DNA of 64,000 nucleotides. Origin: Rickettsia typhi (GTDB taxonomy: Bacteria > Pseudomonadota > Alphaproteobacteria > WRAU01 > Hepatincolaceae). Below the pieces are notes generated by a model. The model was not told the origin of the DNA and made no database searches. It worked only from the letters and a program-made list of their open reading frames with translations. Where the stretch lies: positions 1,560-65,559 of the forward strand of contig CAMCZU010000003.1 in the NCBI GenBank assembly GCA_945888065.1. Reading direction: 5' to 3'. Positions 59,353 through 64,000 of the stretch are shown piece after piece; positions within the stretch are counted from its first letter, which is position 1, and every line of letters starts with the position of its first letter. A program made the translations under genes and the position numbers.

Positions 59353-60276
59353 CTATTTCCTATTTTGAAAATTAGTAGATAAAATATTATTTACAAAAAG
59401 TATACTTAATATACTTGTTAATAAAGGTAGCACTATTAATATGAAACATAAATATATTAATATGTCATTAATTGCAAAAGATGCAAAATCTAAAAAGAAG
59501 ATATATTTTATAATGAAAATACTAATAGAGATAAATATAATAGTAATTAAAGAAGATTTAATAGTATTACCAAATACCCAAATTGCAAAATCATTAAGTA
59601 ATTTTTTTTTAAAAATTCCAAGAAGAAGAAGCACTTCTATAGTTTGAGAATTAGAAAAGACAATTGCATAAAGTATTAAAAATAGCATAGCCATTAAAAT
59701 AGCAATAGCTATTAAAGGAATAATAGTTGTAAAATATTGTGCAGTGGAAATTGGCTTAGATAATCTATTAATTAAATCTTTTTGTGTATCAACATAAACA
59801 TTTTTAACTTTTTGAGATAAAGTTAAACGTAGTGTTTGAATATAATCTGTATTATAGTCGTTTATTTCAACAGAAATAATTATAGGTAGTGGAAGTTTTT
59901 CTAATTTATTTTTAAAGTTTCCTCTAAAATCATTCAAAGTTTCTAATAATTGTTGTTCTGATTTAACTTCAAAAGATTTAATGTTGTTTTGTGTTTTAAG
60001 ATAATCTGTAATAATGGATTGTTTAATTAAGCTTTTTTCCTTGGTGTTTTCTGGGTAAATTTCAATAATTAAATTTGAATTAGATGTGAATTCAAGTGGA
60101 TTTGTAATTCTTTTTAAAATATTAGATGATACAAATGCAATAAAGCATAGCCACATAATGCATACAAAAGAGCTTATATAAAATTTATTCCAAAAAGTGA
60201 ATGATTTGAAATTAAACACATATTTATTATAAGAAAATAAATTATAAATATTTTTTATGAGAGTTTTTTGTGCCAT
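59353..60276 (-). CDS. ftsX: Cell division ABC transporter permease FtsX
   Basis: 307 aa. One TM, a periplasmic domain, then three C-terminal TMs. It lies immediately downstream of ftsE. Confidence 0.85.
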   Translation of the reverse strand: MAQKTLIKNIYNLFSYNKYVFNFKSFTFWNKFYISSFVCIMWLCFIAFVSSNILKRITNPLEFTSNSNLIIEIYPENTKEKSLIKQSIITDYLKTQNNIKSFEVKSEQQLLETLNDFRGNFKNKLEKLPLPIIISVEINDYNTDYIQTLRLTLSQKVKNVYVDTQKDLINRLSKPISTAQYFTTIIPLIAIAILMAMLFLILYAIVFSNSQTIEVLLLLGIFKKKLLNDFAIWVFGNTIKSSLITIIFISISIFIIKYIFFLDFASFAINDILIYLCFILIVLPLLTSILSILFVNNILSTNFQNRK

Positions 60277-60279
60277 ATC

Positions 60280-60963
60280 TTATTTATTGCTTAGGGTTAA
60301 TTTATTATTTGCTAACATAGCAATAGGATAATTGTATTGCTTTATTAAAGATATATTATGAGTGGCAAAAATTATAGCCACTCCTTGCTTGTTAAGATCA
60401 TTTAACATAGATAAAATTTTGTTTTCCATTTTATAATCTAAGTTACCTGTTGGTTCATCTGCTAAAATAATATCGGGGTTGTTAATAACAGCTCTTGCTA
60501 TTGCTACACATTGTTGTTGTCCGCCTGATAGTTGTGGAGGATAGCAATGTGAGAATTGAGATAAGTTAATCCATTGAAGCATTTCATTAACCTTATTAAT
60601 AATTTCTTTATGACTTGTTCCATTTATTTTTAAAGGTAGTGCAATATTATCAAAAATACTTAGATTAGGTAATAATTTAAAATCTTGAAAAATAATTCCT
60701 ATTTTTCTTCTTACTAAAGCCTTATTATAATCGCTAATATTAGATGCATTATATGATAAAACATCTAAATTACCACGATTAGGTTTTAGGTTTAAATTTA
60801 TCATATTTAATAAAGAGCTTTTTCCAGATCCGCTTTCTCCAATTAAAAAAACAAAGTCTCCTTTATATAATTGAAAATTAACATCTTTTAAGATTTCTGG
60901 ATTGTTTCCATATCGTAAAAACACACTATTAAAATTAATTAAATTTTTTATCTCTATCATCAA
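60280..60963 (-). CDS. ftsE: Cell division ATP-binding protein FtsE
   Basis: Walker [10 protein letters not shown], signature LSGGQQQ, Walker B IILADEP. Confidence 0.93.
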   Translation of the reverse strand: MMIEIKNLINFNSVFLRYGNNPEILKDVNFQLYKGDFVFLIGESGSGKSSLLNMINLNLKPNRGNLDVLSYNASNISDYNKALVRRKIGIIFQDFKLLPNLSIFDNIALPLKINGTSHKEIINKVNEMLQWINLSQFSHCYPPQLSGGQQQCVAIARAVINNPDIILADEPTGNLDYKMENKILSMLNDLNKQGVAIIFATHNISLIKQYNYPIAMLANNKLTLSNK

Positions 60964-61070
60964 GTTAATTTTTAAGTTATAATTTTTATATACTACTTTA
61001 TTAAGTATATCATATTTATTAATTTAATAAGTATGTATTTAAGCAAAAAATAAGAAGTGATTTTTTAAAT

Positions 61071-63386
61071 ATGGCTGATAAAATTGTTTGTCCTAAGTGT
61101 AGGCAAATACAGTTAAAGATTTATAATGCTAAAAATAGTAATTTAATTACCTGCTCTAAATGTAATTATAGTTGGATTAGCTTACAACAAAATAAGCTTA
61201 AAGAAGATGGAATATCTGTTATTATGGATTCTGTTAATCATTATAATTATACTATAAAAAAATCTAGTGATCCTAAATTTGATTTCCCTTTTTATGTGTT
61301 AAATAATCAATTTATAAAAAAAAATCCTGATGTTCAAAATCAACCATCAAAAGCTCATAATACTAATTTAAATAGTTTTTATAACTCTAATATTAATAAA
61401 AATTTATATACTTATGAACCTACTAATTTTGGTTTGTATAAGTCTCCTAGCTCTAAAAATAACATTGATGATTATAAAAACACGCAAATTAAAAATAATA
61501 AGTATATTAATCCTCAAATTAAGGAAAGGCTTTTAAAGAATCAAAAAAATTTTTATACAGATAATGCTAATATTTCTCATAAAATACAGGAAGATTCTAA
61601 AATATTAAGAGAAAAAATTTTATCTAAATATTCTTCTTTAAATAAATCTCAACCGACTGATTCTCAAAATATAGATTATATACCAATTGAAAAGACTAAT
61701 AATGCTAAATTGTATGATAATAATTTTCAATCAAATGATAGCATAACAGCAGGTAATAATAGTGTAAAATCAAATATAACTTACAATGAAACTTTATTAC
61801 AAGATGAAAAAATAAATTTTTTAGATGTTCCTTTTTTTTCTAATGAAAATAACTTAGAACAAAATAAAGTGGATTCATTTGATAAATACTTAAACAAAAT
61901 TGATCAAATTAAAAATAAAAAAACACATATAAATAAAGAAGAAAATAATCAAAATACATCCCAGGTAAAATATAATGAAAATTTAAGCTTTAATGAATCA
62001 ATTTCATTAACTAAGGCTTCTAATTCTCAAGATTTATATGATTTAATTTCAAGTAAGACTGATATGTTAGATGAGATTCCAAATTATACCTTGAGTGAAG
62101 ATAAAACATTTAATATTGTAGAAGATAGTTTATTAGATGAAAATAATAATAAAGAAAAAAAAGAAGTATATACTTCAAAATTTACAACAAGAAGCACTCA
62201 TAACGAAGAAAAACTTAAAGAATATCAAAATATTAAAGAAACTGATTTTTCATTGTCTCCTGATAGTATTATTGATGATATATCATTGCTATCTATTGCA
62301 AACAGGTATAATGTAAATACTTTATCTAATAAAATAGAACAAGGTATTAATGTTGTTTCTAAAAATCAAAAAAGTATGAAACATAAACTCAATAAAAATC
62401 AAATTTTTGAGGATGAAATAAAAGAAGAGCTAGATTATCATCATACTAATAATAATTCAAAACAAATTGGTTTAGACATTGAAGATAATTTAAATGATCT
62501 TACTCTTGGGGTATCTAACATTATTAAGGCTCAATCTATTCCAAACCCTCAGTATGCTAATATTGATAATTCTAGTTTTTTTCAACATTCAAATATATCT
62601 CAAAAATATAATTATATAGATGTATTAAATGAATTAAAAAATACTTTTTTTAATTTTAATAGTGGAAGTATCATAATAAAATTTTTGATATATGTATTTC
62701 TTATAATTATTATTATCTTTGGATTTAATAATTTTACATATGATAATAGCAAACATTTTTTGGGAAAATCAGAAGATCAAATTATTAATAGCATACCAGC
62801 AATTGATAATGAAGAAGCAGTAAAAAAAGAACAATATTATTTAGAACATAATACAAAAGAACAAAATAATCTAAATTCTTTATTTGATCTTGAATCAAAA
62901 GATAGTATGAAAAAAATAGATGATTTAGAATCTAAAAAAATTATAACTCTAGATAAAGATTTATTTTTAAAACAATTGATTAATCCAAATCAAAATAGTG
63001 TAGATTTAAAAAATTTTGATAAAAATACACATCAAGAGTCTTTTTCTATAAAGGGATATATGAACCAAAAGCTATTAGATATTAATCATTTTAAATCTAA
63101 TTTAGTGAATGATGTTAAAATTAAAGATGTTAGCGGTGTATGGATTAATAAATTTAGTTTAAAAAGTTTTAATGTTAGTTTGAAAATCATTAATACTTCT
63201 AATTATTTAAGAGGTGATATTGGTGGTGTAGAATTTATTTTTTTAGATTATGCTGGAAATACATTAGCTACCAAGTATGTTAATATTATGCAAAATATTG
63301 GAATAAAAGAAACTATGGTAGTGAAAATGAATTTTTCTGATATTCCTGTTTCTACTAAATCTGTGTATGCTAAATTAAAAAAATAA
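61071..63386 (+). CDS. MJ0042-type zinc-ribbon membrane protein with long Asn/Lys-rich linker and DUF3426-like C-terminal domain
   Basis: The N-terminus IVCPKCRQIQ...ITCSKCNYSW has two CxxC pairs. About 500 aa of low complexity follows, then one TM (IIIKFLIYVFLIIIIIFGF). The C-terminus is a beta-rich domain (FNVSLKIINTSN...VEFIFLDYAGN...). Confidence 0.7.
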   Translation: MADKIVCPKCRQIQLKIYNAKNSNLITCSKCNYSWISLQQNKLKEDGISVIMDSVNHYNYTIKKSSDPKFDFPFYVLNNQFIKKNPDVQNQPSKAHNTNLNSFYNSNINKNLYTYEPTNFGLYKSPSSKNNIDDYKNTQIKNNKYINPQIKERLLKNQKNFYTDNANISHKIQEDSKILREKILSKYSSLNKSQPTDSQNIDYIPIEKTNNAKLYDNNFQSNDSITAGNNSVKSNITYNETLLQDEKINFLDVPFFSNENNLEQNKVDSFDKYLNKIDQIKNKKTHINKEENNQNTSQVKYNENLSFNESISLTKASNSQDLYDLISSKTDMLDEIPNYTLSEDKTFNIVEDSLLDENNNKEKKEVYTSKFTTRSTHNEEKLKEYQNIKETDFSLSPDSIIDDISLLSIANRYNVNTLSNKIEQGINVVSKNQKSMKHKLNKNQIFEDEIKEELDYHHTNNNSKQIGLDIEDNLNDLTLGVSNIIKAQSIPNPQYANIDNSSFFQHSNISQKYNYIDVLNELKNTFFNFNSGSIIIKFLIYVFLIIIIIFGFNNFTYDNSKHFLGKSEDQIINSIPAIDNEEAVKKEQYYLEHNTKEQNNLNSLFDLESKDSMKKIDDLESKKIITLDKDLFLKQLINPNQNSVDLKNFDKNTHQESFSIKGYMNQKLLDINHFKSNLVNDVKIKDVSGVWINKFSLKSFNVSLKIINTSNYLRGDIGGVEFIFLDYAGNTLATKYVNIMQNIGIKETMVVKMNFSDIPVSTKSVYAKLKK

Positions 63387-63393
63387 TTAAGTA

Positions 63394-63516
63394 TTAGTTG
63401 CTAGAAGGATATGTTCTTGGATAGTTTTTATTAGGTTTAGCATTAGGTGTTTTGGTTGCACAGGAAGAAGTAAAGCAAAAAATAATAATAATTATAAAAA
63501 GATAAAAATTTTTCAT
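63394..63516 (-). CDS. Putative 40-aa lipoprotein (not in ORF track)
   Basis: My minus-strand translation is MKNFYLFIIIIIFCFTSS-C-ATKTPNAKPNKNYPRTYPSSN. It has a signal peptide, a lipobox-like FTSSC and a short Pro/Lys/Asn tail. It fills the spacer between the zinc-ribbon gene and pepP. Confidence 0.5.
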   Translation of the reverse strand: MKNFYLFIIIIIFCFTSSCATKTPNAKPNKNYPRTYPSSN

Positions 63517-63567
63517 AGTATAAACATTAACAATTTTATTATAATAATAATTATATAGGTATTTTCA

Positions 63568-64000
63568 ATGGATGTAAAAAATAAATTACAACAATTACAA
63601 AAAATTTTAAAAGAAAAAAAATTAGATGGTTTTTTATTTTCTACTACAGATGAATACATAAATGAATATGTTCCAAATGAATTTAAAAGATTAGAATATT
63701 TAACTAATTTTAGTGGGTCATTTGGTTTATGCATTGTATTACAAGATAAAGCTTGTTTGTTTGTAGATGGAAGATATACAATTCAGGCAAAAAATGAGAT
63801 TGATGCCTCTTTGTTTGAAGTTCAATTATATAGCCTATTAAATATAGAGAATTTTTTAAAAAATAATTTATTACCAAAGCATATTGTTGCTATCAATTCC
63901 AAAGTAATTAAAATTGAAGAATTTAATGTATATAGTAATATAATAAATAAATTAAATATGCAAACACAAGTTTTACAAGAGCATTTGGTAGATTTAATAA
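63568..64000 (+). CDS. pepP: Xaa-Pro aminopeptidase (aminopeptidase P family), 3' end cut by window edge
   Basis: My translation MDVKNKLQQLQKILKEKKLDGFLFSTTDEYINEYVPNEFKRLEYLTNFSGSFGLCIVLQDKACLFVDGRYTIQAK matches the creatinase/AMP_N N-terminal domain pattern (DG.L....DE...EYV......R..+L.GF.GS.G...V......LFVDGRYT.QA). Confidence 0.85.
   Translation, partial: MDVKNKLQQLQKILKEKKLDGFLFSTTDEYINEYVPNEFKRLEYLTNFSGSFGLCIVLQDKACLFVDGRYTIQAKNEIDASLFEVQLYSLLNIENFLKNNLLPKHIVAINSKVIKIEEFNVYSNIINKLNMQTQVLQEHLVDLI

Noticed and set aside
61300-62700. Highly repetitive-looking AT-rich stretch considered as a possible repeat array or CRISPR-like structure
   Set aside because: It maintains one long open reading frame (an Asn/Lys-rich linker) with no regularly spaced identical repeats. 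It is compositional low complexity inside a gene.
63513-63734. 73-aa minus-strand ORF from the track
   Set aside because: It is mostly antisense to the N-terminal creatinase-like domain of pepP, which starts at ATG 63568 and has strong family similarity. Only the neighbouring small lipoprotein-like frame (63394-63516) seems worth keeping.
1-64000. Search for tRNA, rRNA or other structured RNA, transposases, integrases, phage genes and CRISPR arrays across all spacers
   Set aside because: All spacers are 232 nt or shorter and almost pure A/T. The exceptions are two terminator-like hairpins and the rpmJ and small-lipoprotein frames. No T-loop-like GGTTCGA-type sequence or GC-rich stems were seen. 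This was a by-eye scan and is not equivalent to tRNAscan or Infernal.

Overview
Very AT-rich (roughly one quarter G+C by eye, not computed) and extremely gene-dense chromosomal segment. It holds about 62 protein-coding genes, most spacers are under 30 nt, and many neighbouring genes overlap at their ends. It looks like a genome-reduced or streamlined alphaproteobacterium. That assignment rests on family and synteny knowledge: a Tim44-like protein, DUF3576-leuS-lptE-holA, miaB-ybeY-corC-lnt-XRE-metK-trmB, rimP-nusA-infB-rbfA-truB-rpsO-pnp, tsaD-gpsA-YciI, a Cys-poor L36, and an MJ0042-type zinc-ribbon protein divergent from ftsEX. The content is almost entirely housekeeping: replication and repair (dnaQ, mutS, mutL, xseA, ftsK, holA), translation and RNA modification (trpS, leuS, infB, rpsO, rpmJ, pnp, tsaB, tsaD, miaB, trmB, truA, truB, queA, tgt), and envelope functions (murJ, lnt, lolA, lptE, AsmA-like, several beta-barrel OMPs, ftsEX, plsC). 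I saw no rRNA, tRNA, CRISPR array, transposase, integrase, phage gene or recognisable defence island, and I do not see a convincing new multi-gene system. The best leads are: (1) a Mic60-like/HemY-Orf52-like/double-SH3 operon next to tsaD without hemC/hemD; (2) an orphan beta-class DNA methyltransferase whose 3' end overlaps mutL; (3) a secreted 5'-nucleotidase homologue with two catalytic-site His replaced by Asn; (4) an OmpR-type regulator with a degenerate receiver in a tight OMP-yggS operon; (5) a perfect 35-bp palindrome in a divergent promoter region; (6) two small genes absent from the ORF track (rpmJ and a 40-aa lipoprotein). All family assignments come from motif recognition by eye and need HMM or BLAST confirmation.
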